Assembly (NCBI GenBank): GCA_023213395.1
Contig: CM041465.1
Coordinates: 187,123,741-187,187,740 of the forward strand
Reading direction: 5' to 3'
Length of the DNA: 64,000 nt
Source of the DNA: Cycas panzhihuaensis
Taxonomy: Eukaryota > Plantae > Cycadophyta
Below the pieces are notes generated by a model. It was not told the origin of the DNA, did not search any database, and saw nothing but the letters and a program-made list of their open reading frames with translations. Shown here in pieces: positions 1 through 12,949 of the stretch. The stretch's first letter is position 1. Every line of letters begins with the position of its first letter. Made by a program: the position numbers and the translations under genes.

Positions 1-3000
1 TTTCATCCATGCTTCCATTTGTCCTTAGGTTATCCAAGATCTTAGGGTAACACTCATAAGATCTTGCTAAGCATGTATAAGCTTTTATACTTGCATGCGT
101 TAACTTTCTCCCTTATGATTTTGTCACTATAAGATTGTTTCTAAAATTGCTTAAAGGGGATGCCTTGAAGTGGTTTTAGCACCTTCCATCTACTTCTATT
201 TTCACCTTCCAGTAGTTGGTTGATGGTTTCATCAACTACTTTGATATTGTTAGGACATTTAAAGCTGGCATAAAGTCCCTCTTATCTATCAAGCAAAACA
301 ATGATGAATCATCTCATAATTTTGTAAGATAATTCCGAGACTTAGTCAATGCCTACCATTTTCATCTTGATGTAGACCTCTTATTCAACATTTATACTAA
401 TACTTTGAGACCTTGTATACATTTAGAGGTCCTCAAACTTGGTCTGTAAACCTACGAGGAAGCCATTGACAAATGCTTGGCTCTTAAAGCTTTTGAGATT
501 TAAGTAGGAATCAAGAAGATAGACAAGTCTACTATGGTGATAGACTTAACTTAAAGGCCCAAGCCTAACTTGTATGATCATACATATGACCATCTTACAT
601 CTTTTATTAGGGCTCTAAAGTGTACTATCAACATTAGGTTATGTGTTGAAAATCCTATTACTTTTAAGTAAAAGTAAGAAAGCAATGCCATTCCTTATAT
701 TTAGGGAAAGGAACATCAAGATCCCTCTACTCTTCCAACAAAAAATGCTCCTTGGTGTTCTCATCACTAAATTGATACTCATGATTGAGATGAATGTCAC
801 GTAGTATAGGCCATGGATTGTAAGATTCAAACTACTAATAATCCTATATCAAAGCCAAATTAAGACCAATTAATCCACAAAGACCCTTTTCTTGATTATG
901 ATATAAAGAACACTAAGGACATGAGTATAGGAAAGGATAAATAAGATAATATGACTTATAATAAGAGCACTAGCTCTAAGCCAAGTAAGAAATGTACCAC
1001 CTCACCTAAGGGAGGTGGTAAGCATGCTAACAACTAAAACTAGCCACCTCCTAAAGGTGGAAACACTAAGAGAACAATTAATATAATTGAGGTAATAAGG
1101 AATCTAGGCATGCTTAAATCCCTTGAATATTTACTGACCAAAAACCTTAACTCCTTACCTATCATCCCACCGAGACTTATATGTTTTAGGTCCATTCCGT
1201 CTATTACAAAAGATAGATATTTCTCTTTAGTTGATGATTTGAAGTCCATTCCTATTGGGATTTTGATTACAGACATATTAAAGAGTTACCCAAAATAACA
1301 TCAACTCTTACTTAAAGCCTTGGGGGTCTCTTTCCCTAGCTCCCCAATAAGTCTTACTTTCTCTATTGATCCTTTCATCTTACTTAGTAAAAAGAAAATG
1401 AACACTAATGATGTCCCTCTATTTTACATTGAGATCTGTAAAGAGGACATCAACATTTACCATGTCATTATTTATGAAGGCTCACAAGTAAATGTAATCC
1501 TTCTTTCCTCATAAAAAATCTAAAATTTATCAATTATGAACCTTGCAAGTGGATATGTTAAGGGTATGATAAGAACTAAAAGGTACCACTAGGGAAAGTC
1601 ACTCTCTCTCTCTCACCTTAGAAAGGAAAATAGTTATTATCGGTCTCACCATTATAGATCTGGACTTGGAATAAAATATTCTCTTAAGAAGACCTTGGAT
1701 CAATCAAATCTCTATTATTTGTTCTTGACTCTTTAGTAAGCTTAAATTCATTCATGAAGGAGAGTTGAAGGTCATCATATAAAATAATATACCTATTAAG
1801 TAATTGATTCTATTCGTAGAAATTATTATAGAAATATGAGATCCATCTAACTCTTCTAAATACTTCTTTTAATCATTGGGCCTTGGGTAATACTTTTCCA
1901 TTAAGTCTCTTTCAATATCTAAGTAGGAGGTTAGGAGTGTTAACATGATTGAAATTATTCCCTTAGGGGAAAGTACTTTATTAAGTTAATCATATGTAGA
2001 AATATTTTAAAGCACTTTGAAACCTTTTCCTATATGCACTCCTACCTATATGAAAGAGACTCTACCCATTAACCCTATAAGATACCTACTTAATCTTACT
2101 CAAATGGTTTAAGACCTAATTCATGATGCCCTTTCATCTTTATATCGGGCTAATGATGCACTTCATTAAGGTAATCCTTCATCTAGCTAAATTTTATATG
2201 TGTCCTTTATTTTCATTGTATAAAAGATGTCCCAAACATTGTTATGCCTGTCTCTTATCCTTCCTAATAGTTATGCTTATCTTGGGCCATTACTTCCTCA
2301 TTTTATGAGGTAACTTATTGTGATTCACCCTTTCAAATTACTTAGTTTAATTAATATAGTGAGAAACTTCTCATGTATAGGCATCCAAACCTCTTACATC
2401 TAGAAGGTTTGACATCTCCTTCAAATACCTCACCTAGATTGAGCCCAATACAAAGGAGAGAAATTAGAGAGATTAACATAATTACTATGACCTCTCTCTT
2501 GACTAAGGTGATCATTTAGGAGGATATCATACCATCTATCATTAATGTATCCCCTCCTACAAACCTTCCCCTGGCTAATAAGTTTAGCATTCATTAGATT
2601 ATACAGTTAAATTAGGAATTTCCTAATCAACTTGGTCCATTCCCTCATGGTCTAATGATTATATATATCCTTTTTAATTAAGACCATGTCCTTCCTTCAA
2701 GGACAAGTTCCCTAGATTTATCTCACTAGTTTCCTTCTCAACCTAAAGGCTATATCTTTAGAAATCTCTTTCATCTTGATCATTTCAAGAATGATGAGAC
2801 AATTCTAAAGCATTTACGTAGAGCCTCACCTAATTTCCTTCCTAATCATAATAAGCTTGGTTCTGATAAGTACTTGTATCTTTATTTACCTTTAGCCATC
2901 TCAGATCACCCTTCATAAAATCCCTTATTTTTTGCAAGTCCTAACCCTCCTCACTTTGAGGAAGGGAATGCCATGATTTTTGGGGAAATAATGGACATTG

Positions 3001-5775
3001 ATTTCGAGATTGACGATATTGCAAGAGTCATCAAGGTTAGAGTAGACTACTCCCTTGAGGAAGTAAAATAACTTAAGGAGCTCTTCTAGGAGTTCATGTT
3101 AGTATTTTCTTAGGATTATAGTGACATATGGGGCCTTCATCCTAATGTTGTAGTCCATAACATTACTATAATCCTAGGGGCCAAACCCAAAAGGCAAAAG
3201 TAAAGACCCATTTACCCTCATGTATCTTCAGCTATTAAGTGAGAAGTTAACAAACTTATAAAACAAGGCTCTCTTGAAAATATTAACTATTCATAATAAG
3301 TATCCAACATTATTCTAGTTGTCAAAAAGAATAGGTTAATTTGAATATGCATTGATTTCCATGATATAAATGACACCTACCTAAAAGATAACTTCTCTCT
3401 CCTATTCCTTAATCAAATTTAGGATCAGACTACTAGTTTTAAGGTTATGCTACTCATGGATAATTTTTTAGTATATAATCATATTCTTATCTTACCCAAA
3501 GACCATCATAAGATTGTTTTCACAACTCTATAGGAGACATTTGCCTATAAGGTCATGCCATTAGCCTAAAAAAATACTAGAGCCACTTACTAGAAGGTGA
3601 TGGTTTTCATTTTCCATGAACAAATCAGAGTTATAATAATTGTCTACCAAGATGGCATGCTTGCCCTATCATGCTATATAAAAGATCACATTTAGGATCT
3701 GAGAACCCTCTTTAAGTGATATCACAAATATTTTTTATGTGTCAATCCACCCAAATGTGTATTTACTATCAATTAAGATAAAATGTTGGAAACCATAATT
3801 TCTCAAGATGGTATTATGGTAGATCCTAAAAAGGTAATGGCCATCATTGAAATTCCCCCTCTACATAATCAAAAGTAGGTGAAGTCATTCCTTAGCAAGC
3901 TAGATTTTTTTGGGTAGTTAATTGTAGACTTTGCATTAAATGTAAAGCCTCTTATTAGCCTTCTTAAAAAAGGGGTTCCCCTAACTTGGACCACGTCTAT
4001 CTATAAATCCTTTGAAAGATTAAATTCAGCCTTAATTTTAGCCCCTATACTTGCTCCTCCCCTCTTTAACAAGCCCTTCATCTTGTATACATCTTTTATG
4101 TAAGAATCCTTAAGCGGCATGTTTGACTAAGAAGATAAATTTGATAGGGAGTGAGCCATTTACTTTATAAGTAGAACTCTTGTTGTTGCTAAACTTAATT
4201 ACTTTACTTTAAAGAAAGAATGCTTATCTTTGGTCTTTGCCACCAATAAACTTTGCCATTATCTTCTTGGAAACATTACCTTTATGATTGTCCAATCTAA
4301 CCCTATTCATTTCTTACTCACCAAGAACGATCTCATAGGTCAAGCAGGTAAATGGGTACTCATTTTATAGGACTTTAATTTTTAAATTTAATTAAAAATC
4401 TAAAAAGGGCATGGTGGTTGTTGAAATGATGGCAAAAGTACCATTACCAAATCTTACTAATATGACCATTGATGATAGGCTCCATGATGAGCAAATCTTT
4501 TAGGTAAATGCTATGCCTCTTAAAGAGGTATGATATAAGAAGATCAACTCTTAGCTTTTAGACTAAACCTTTCCTTCTTCTGTCTCCTTTAAGAAGAGGA
4601 GATAAATTAGAGCCACTACTTATTAATATCTACTCTTGAAGGGTGTCCTTTATAAGTGCTCTTTTGATGGAGTCTTGTTGAGGTGTTTTTCATCTTCCAA
4701 AGCTCAAATTGCCTTGACAGAATACCATAATGGCATATGTGGAGGCCACTTCGATGGCCAATCCATAGCCTAATGTATCCTTCAACTAGTGTACTATTGG
4801 CTACCATTATTCAAGGATGCCCATGCTTATATTCAAAAGTATAAAAAATTCTAGTCACATTCCACTTTAATATACCGACATGCTTAGTCTCTTAAGTTTG
4901 TTATTTCTCCATGGCCTTTCTTCTAATGGGGCCTTGACCTCATTGGTGAAATCTACCCCCCTTCTTTGAGTAGTTATAAGTTTATTTTGATTACTATGGA
5001 ATACTTTACTAAGTGGAGGAAAGCCATTCTACTGGTCTCTATAACTAGAAAGATTATTACCACATTTATCTTTCAATATATTATGTATAGATCTAGGGTT
5101 CTTAATGTTATCATCACTGATAATGAAACTTCATTTTATAACTCTTAGGTAGTTGAACTATGTGAGAAATTTCACATTACTTATTACTTATCAACACCCT
5201 ATCATTCTCAAGCCAATGGTCAAGTTAAAGCCTTCAATAAGACATTAGCATAAATCTTGGCTAAAACTATGGCTAGCTCCCATTAATATTGGCATGTTCA
5301 ACTATTTCCTACACTATGGGCCTACAAAACCTCTATTAGGAATGCAAATGGTATAACACCATTCTCTTTAATCTATTTCTTTGAAGCCTTTCTACCCCTT
5401 AAAGTAAAAATCCTATCTCTACGTGTTTCCTTGGAACACTTCATTAATAAAGAATACTAGAGAGAAGCATACTTATTAGAATTAGAAAAAAAGGATGAAA
5501 CATGCTTGACTACCCTTCAAAATAATCTAGCTTCTAAAACTAGAGCTCAAGTGGGCCACAATAGGTAGTTGAGACCTCGTAAGTTTTGTGTTGGTGATAA
5601 GGTACTCAAGGTCAAGTATCTTTATGACAAATAACAAAAGTTCATACCTAAGTGGGTAGGACCTTATCTCATCATTAAATATCTAGAGAATGTGCATATC
5701 ACATTTTCACCCTTAGCAATCTTGAGTTTTCAAAAGTTAATCAATTTGTAATTTCTATAAAAATTCTATGTTTGA
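1..5775 (+). pseudogene. Decayed Ty3/gypsy (Tat/Ogre-like) gag-protease-RT-RNaseH-integrase, truncated at the window start
   Basis: Colinear with 40700-46083. Recognisable pieces: gag LKGDALKWF (~150-177), RT CIDFHDINDTYLKDNF (~3348-3395), RNase H PFILYTS (~4074), integrase WGLDLIG (~4927) and ANGQ (~5212), and a KFYV-stop ending at 5775. Many stops are explained by C>T/G>A changes. Confidence 0.93.
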
Positions 5776-6262
5776 AAGGAGAACATATATCCCTTTGAAA
5801 TAAGGCTAAAACCATGACTTCGAAAGCCTCATTTGCTAAAGAGCCTAAATTATGGTAATCCCCATCACGTACTTGTGATGGGTGTAAACCCTTTGAACTA
5901 CTACTAATAAGGTTAAACTATGGTAGTTACACCTCTAAAAATAGGTGTTGAAGAGGCTAAACTATGACAACTATCCCTCCCAAAGCCCTATCAACATGAT
6001 GGCTAATCTAGTGTTAAGTTTGAATTTAAACATGACCATGCAAAGGGCTTTCTCAAGCCACCTGTATTCCATTCTAATGGAACATTCTTCATCACTTTTA
6101 CATGCTAGAAACTCATCATCCAATCTAGTCTTTAGTTTATCTTATGAAATAAACACAAGGCATCCAAGTTCACACTTCATTTTAGTCCTAAAAGCTAAGC
6201 TTTCACCATTCACCATCTTGCTCTTTATCATTAGTAAGAGATTTTAGTGATAAGGGGAAAAA

Positions 6263-9150
6263 TGTTTCACCATAGTTGTCCCTTTGGTATAATTAGGTTT
6301 ATATTTTGGATTATTTTCTCAAGCCACTTGGTAGTTATGATTTTTATTTATCTAATGGATATCATTTTGTTCACATTTTAGTATAGGATTTCTTTTAATT
6401 GATTGTTTAATGGTGTGGACTTTAGTTAGGATATATTTGAACATGTATTATTTGATTGTAAATCATGTAAGTTGAAGGATTACCAATTGGATGACTAAAT
6501 GCATGTAATTGTGATGATCTTCTTTTACTGATGATTTATACTATGATACAATTTATTGCTCTTATCAAACATGGTTTGTAAATTGCTCCAAGTCTTCCCT
6601 TTTAAGCAAGTTTTTCTTTCAACACTATAAACCATTTTAATTAGTTCCAACCTCATTTATACCTCTTTTTGGCCTTTTCTTTTCATGTTCAGCTCCCCAT
6701 TGGAGTCATTTATGTATTTAGAAAACCTTAGCATGTCATTTTTGTTGAAATCTACTTTTAATCCTTAATTTTTAACCTTCTTGACTTGTTGTGTTTTTAT
6801 TAATACGAAAAATACAACCTTAGAAATAAAATGTAATAACTTCTACATTTTTCATTTTATTTATAAAATCACATTTTAAGTTATTTATCATGTTTTTACT
6901 ATCATACTTAAATCTTAAGAAACAAAATGCTAATTTCTCATAAATTTCACTTCAATTTCTACCTAAACTTGTAATTTAGCATTGCCCCACCTACCCTTAT
7001 GGATTTGTGATTATGCCATCTTCCTCCATGTAAGGTTTAATTAAGGAAAGTCAACTTAACCATGGGTAGAAACCATGGTTTTTCCATTCATCCTCTCTCC
7101 TTTGATTTTCTATAAATCCTTACACTTTTTAGAGGATAAGGGAGAGCTCATGATGTAATGAAGTGCTACTGAATTTTTGTTAGCCCTCTTTACTAGTGAC
7201 TTGTTGCTATTTGAAGTGGATTAAAGTTCACCTTCTTAGAAGATTATGAATTATGCTAGAGAGATTGGATGTCTATCTTGCCTCAATTATTAACAAGTTC
7301 TTAGATTCATCCTTCTCCTCACTTGTTGAGGTCTTCTTCTTTTAAATTTTGCTAGTTTATGTTTGCATTCTCTTCTCTCACATCACTCACTATTGTCAAG
7401 GTCATCATGCTTATGGTGCTTGGAGCTTCTTTACAACTTATTAGACAAGATTATAATATTAATATGAGTCACAAAACTTATATCTTTATTAAGTTTGAGG
7501 TATCTTTATTATAGTTTAATCTTTATTTCAGTAATGAGAGTAGTTTTCCTTTGACTCAATCTATACATTTATTTTTTTTAAAGGAGTTTTTTTATAGTTG
7601 TTTCTCTTATTTTTAGTCAAAACTTATTTATTTCTTTTAAGTTTATTGATTGGTTTAACTTGGGACCAAACCAATTTTGATCTTCAACTCATTATCACAT
7701 TGTTGGAAGCACAAAAGGGATTATTTTGAGGGATTGAACTAGTTTAATCCTCAGTCTCAACCACACTTAAGCAAAATAACCTATTTGCTTATTTGCTTAT
7801 TTTGATTCATAATATATAAAGAAATTGGTCTCAACAAAGGGTTAAAGAAACTAATCCAATTCTTTGTAAGAAGGTGAATGGTAAGAAATAGTATCTTTCA
7901 AAAAACTAAATGCCTTAACTCTCTTCCATATAGTTATGGGTAGTTCAAGTCATTCATTTCCTATCAAAATTCCTATTGTGTAATATAAATGCTACCAAAC
8001 TTTTGATATGTTTCCAAAGTTATATTCAAGATTTTCCTTGTAAATGTGATGATTTTAATATTAATGTTATTGTTTATTCGATTAATGGGATACATTCTAA
8101 AGCATTGATAATCAAAATAAAGTCAACCTAGTACTCTATAGCTTCATTGTAAGGTGCTCTCTTTACCCCTATCTCTTATAACTTTTTTGGTCTATAGGTT
8201 TCTACAAATACATAAAAGGAAAGAAAAATAAAGAGAATGTCTACTCATTTACATTGCTTATTGGTTTGTTTATTGATCCTTCTCCTTTATTTACTCATAA
8301 AAAGGAAAGATAGGAAATCAACATTTGGGTTTGGAATCAAAAGGTTAAAGTGGTATATTTCTTAGATTCTTACATTCTTTGATTCTCTATTGAGTAAGTC
8401 ATTAAAGATTTAAAAAGAAGTGAAAGAATAACAACTAAGATAATCATAAGTGCAATGAAAGATCTTAGAGTCTATTTTTACTTATGTGCTTGATTTTCTT
8501 TCTTTCACAATCTATTTAAAAATATAAATGAAAGAAAGGAAAGGAATTGCATCCATTTATGCATTATTTGAGTGTTTGGTTATGTGCATGATTACTTATT
8601 ACTATTTGCATTCAACTTTAAATTAATTGCTAGACTTGCATATAGGTGTGGTTTGATGTTATTTGGTCCCCTTGGGATAGATTTCATCTCTTTGTTGAAG
8701 ACTTGCTTGATCACTTAGAACTTGGCATCCTTGGTGTATAAGTTTCTCCTCTCTTAGAGAAAAATACTTCTCATCATTAAGAGGTTTTTTGACCGATTAG
8801 GACTTGACATCCTCAGTGTATAAACTACTTCTTTAAGATTGTTTTCCTTTTTAGTTGTATTCTAAATGCTAAAGGAAGTGACTTATCACTTTCCTTTAGG
8901 TTGAGAGTGACTTCTTATTTCTTCCTTGACCTCTAAGTGTGGGAACCCATCAGAGTCAGATGCGAGCATCTTGGCACTATTCATTCTCACAGATGGATTA
9001 TTTATAAGTGAGGGAGTCCCTAGTAATTAATCTATGATAGGGTCATTAGTCTAAGGTCTAATCTCTTCTTGGGTCCTTACACTCATTAATCTTCCCTTTA
9101 TATAACTAGTATGATATATATTACTCTTATTTGGGTGGAAATGGTAGTTT
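6263..9150 (+). repeat. Probable 3' LTR of the decayed Tat/Ogre-like element; right boundary uncertain
   Basis: A polypurine tract AAGGGGAAAAA (6252-6262) is followed directly by TGTTTC, the same start as the terminal repeats of the related element at 36556 and 50663. The region is non-coding. No second copy in the window fixes the end. Confidence 0.5.
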
Positions 9151-9489
9151 AGGTTTGAATTTCATCCATAGGAGGGCTTTTTGGGTAGTAATAGGACAAA
9201 CCTAGGATGTTTATTTTAGGGTAAGGACCCCCAAAAATCCCTCTACTTTTTGGAGGTTTGCTTGTCATCTCCCTAATGTTAAGAGGGATTTTGTTTGACT
9301 TGTTTGATTTGAATGCTTGTACTTGATTATATTTTGGTTTAATTTTATTATGCATGTATGAAGTAGGCTAATTTACAAGTTAGTTTATTTTTCTTATCTT
9401 TATTCTAGCACATGAGTAAAGATACCTCTTCTTAGAGGTTAGTTGAAAAGTCCACCCTTAAAGACACACTACCATTGGTCCCCATTCAT

Positions 9490-9690
9490 GATAATTATGG
9501 AATGTCTTACACCTAAAATATCTCTAAAGTAAGAAGGTTTATAGGATTCTGAGGGAACTATTGATGATATTTCAAAAAGTTCTCCAAAATTACACATCCA
9601 ATTTCCTCTTTATAGAAGAAGGGAATGAAATTTAAATAAAGTAGTAAATGCAGAGAGGAATTTTAACTATAAAAAAATGTACTTACATCA
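9490..9690 (+). pseudogene. Ty3/gypsy RT-connection fragment
   Basis: Translates with breaks to IMExxTPK..VRRFIG....Y...FKKFSKITHPISSL*KKGMKF, matching the gypsy EVRSFLGLAGYYRRFI..FSKIA.P motif. Confidence 0.7.
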
Positions 9691-10214
9691 ATGTTTTTTA
9701 GTAGAGGGGGTTTTTCTTCTCCTACACATATCACATCTAGAGTTGAAGTATACTTAAGGAGAAAGGGGCAAATCTCATATTATAAGTACTATTATCCTAT
9801 GATTGATAAAAGTCTATAATGACTTTTAGTAAGGAAGAGCACTTGAATGACAATATAAACTAATACTACATCTTTTCTTTTATCAAATAATAATAAAATA
9901 GGGGTACAAAGGTAATTATTGCCTAGTTTAATATTAATGATGTGTTTCAACTTGATGATAAATCCTTATCATTACACGTGATTCCTTTCCTTCCTTCTAT
10001 ATATTGGATGATATCACAAGGAGAACTACTAAGGCACCTACTATCTTATTAAAGAAACCCAAATCTCAAATAGAAAAGGAAATCAAAGATGACCTTATCA
10101 AAGATAAGTAAATATATGAGTTGTATGAATAATCACTTGATCAATCATTCAAAATGGTCAAATAAACAAGCATAATGAAAGGAAATTATAACAATATAAG
10201 AATAAAAAAATCCA

Positions 10215-10487
10215 AAATGAAATATAAGAGAGAGATTAAACTAAATAAAATGATGTTGATTCCATAATAATAATGATCAAAATGATAAAGAGTGCCTTAC
10301 TTGAGTGTCAATAAGTAGGGGATGGTACGTAGTTATAATCAAACCATAAGTAAGATCATCTAAATATTTATCAAGATATGTATATTAAAAGTGAAGGTAA
10401 TAGAGTATCTATAATGAAATAAAAAGGACAAAGAGAAAAAAAATCTTAAAGTATATTATAAAATTAGTGTTTTAAACTAGTGAATAT
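10215..10487 (+). pseudogene. Very old Ty1/copia RT C-terminal remnant that hosts the LINE insertion; it resumes at about 18600-18760
   Basis: MIRVPYLSV-like (~10282) and KGTKE..L.Y-like (~10422) motifs. After the LINE there is an ML-DPL-TQG-like RNase H end (~18728-18752). Confidence 0.5.
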
Positions 10488-12949
10488 ATTTTTCTTTAAT
10501 AGCTAAAATCCCCATAAAGTGGGATTGACTCTTTTGCATAAGGCATCATGGGATAAGAGGAACTATTCTGCCAAAATTTCCTAAGACTTTCACTTGACCC
10601 TACCTACTTTAGAGATACAAATAATACATATCTTCACATCCTTTAATAATATGAAAGGATGCAAAGACTAAATTACATAATATTTATGGGTGCATAGTCT
10701 TAACACATACCAACATACTAAAATAACATATCAAAACATCCATGAATTACATGAAATCCTAAATTAAGTTACACCATAAGCCCTTTAATATCTCATGTCT
10801 AATAGACTCAAACAAGAGTATAAGCCCCTATTTCAGGTGTAAAAACCTCATGAAATCCTACTAGCACTGCACCATAAAATAATCTACAAGCTGAGCCCAA
10901 TCTTCAATAATCCCTCAAGCTCCATGTCATACTATAAATCCATCTACAAACCATCCTCAATCACTAAAAACATATCAAAATATACACCTTAATGTTCATG
11001 CTCTAAAATGTAACTGGGCTATGCCACTAATAAATACATGTCATACCACCATCACTACAAACACCTCAACCTATGAAAACCAACTAGTATGCCCCTTTTA
11101 TTGAAGTGGTTTAGGGTCTTTAAAATACCAACCTCTTCAAAAATTGGTAAAACTATTGACTATGGATAACCTACTTCATGTGAAGAAGACTTTGAGTTTT
11201 AAGTCCATAAGTTAAGGTCATAACCATCAAAACCATCCCTTATTCAAAACCCCCACAACCCCATAGCTCCAATCTACATATCATGATCTACCTCTCCACT
11301 TAATCCAATATAAATAAACTCAAAAACCATGGGCTTATCTAACTTCGCAGAGAGTAATACTACTAAAGATAAGATATCCCATAACAATACACATTGATAA
11401 CCCTTGATTACCATCCTATAGTTGGTTGGTTCACTACTAGGTAGAGCGAAAAACTTGATGCATCATTGCAATGATCCTAAAAGAGATGTAGGGCCTTATA
11501 TAACAAGTTCTATAATAAGTCTTTCCATTCTCTATATGCTTTCAAAGCACCAGTCTTTAAGATGACTTGAAGCTTATCTACTCCAAGCAAAGTTGTCATA
11601 ATTGTGATTTCATAGGACATGTCTAAGAATATTACAGTTTAATAGCTAGTTACTCTAGCCAACTTTGGCAACTTCTACAAGTACGTTTGTGTCTATAATG
11701 ATCATCCATTATATTGTTGTTGAATGGACTAGTCTTGTGATGTCAAAAGGTAATGATCTAGTGGCATTTACTATTCTCATGTCAGACATATCTATTCCTT
11801 ATATAAGTGGCCAAAAAAATCACCACCATAACTACACCTATAAAACTTTTGTTTTGCCATTTCTTGATTACTATTGGTGTAATAGAAATGTCACTAACTA
11901 GCCATGCAAAACAAGCAAGCCCTCACTTGATAATAACAATTAGTAGTTAAGGCACATCTTTGATGGGATTATGCTACTTGACTCTAACAACTAACACTCA
12001 TGTGTCATAATAGAAGGAGCAAAAGTCATCAAGTATCTATTCAATCATATTATAGGATCAATCAACCTAATGAGGGTTAATCCAATTCTCTAGGATTAAC
12101 CAACTTAGAACTATATCATTGACACTTCCTTTAACTGATCATTATTGACCACAAATACCAGATTATAAGATCATAATCCTACAACTCCATAAATCATTAA
12201 AACTACCACACAATTATCATTGGGTTCAACTAATACCACGAATATCTCCTTAGCTACTTGGGAAGTTATACAAATGCCATTATACTAAACTCAACTAAAC
12301 AAGCTTCTTCTTAATCTACCTTTCATCACACAATAGGAACCCACCTATTCTTTAAGACCAAGGTACCATCTTACCAGATGATAGTACATGTGGACTAATA
12401 ACCACTATTATAATAAGTGTATCCATGCTTATAGTTACTATTGAAATATCCATCTAACTAATTGTATTTATAATATAGACCAACAAAGAGTTTAATATTG
12501 CTATGCATGTAGTAGTCTGATAACACTCATATCTAATACCACATAGTCCTATGACCAACTAACTATAATGACATCCAACTTAATCCTCCAAACACTATAA
12601 TTTTCATTGACTAGATCACTGCTATCTATCCCAATTGGTAATTGTAATAACATCATTCATATTACTAATTACTCAGGTAAATGCATCAAGTAAACTAATG
12701 TCACCACTAATCTTAACTTTGCATATCAATAAATTAGCTTTAATATTGACTAGCTCATCAGTGCAATGGTTGAATCAATGCGAGATGTGATGGATGGGAA
12801 TACTATAAAAACTCTAGCCTATGCTTATAGCTTCTTGGAAGAGGGACTTTAGGGAAAAACTACTTGAAGCTTTATTGTTCATCATATCAACCTTTTGATT
12901 TTGGCTTTTGTAGTTATCACAAGGCCTTTAATTAAGTCTAAGAACTCTA

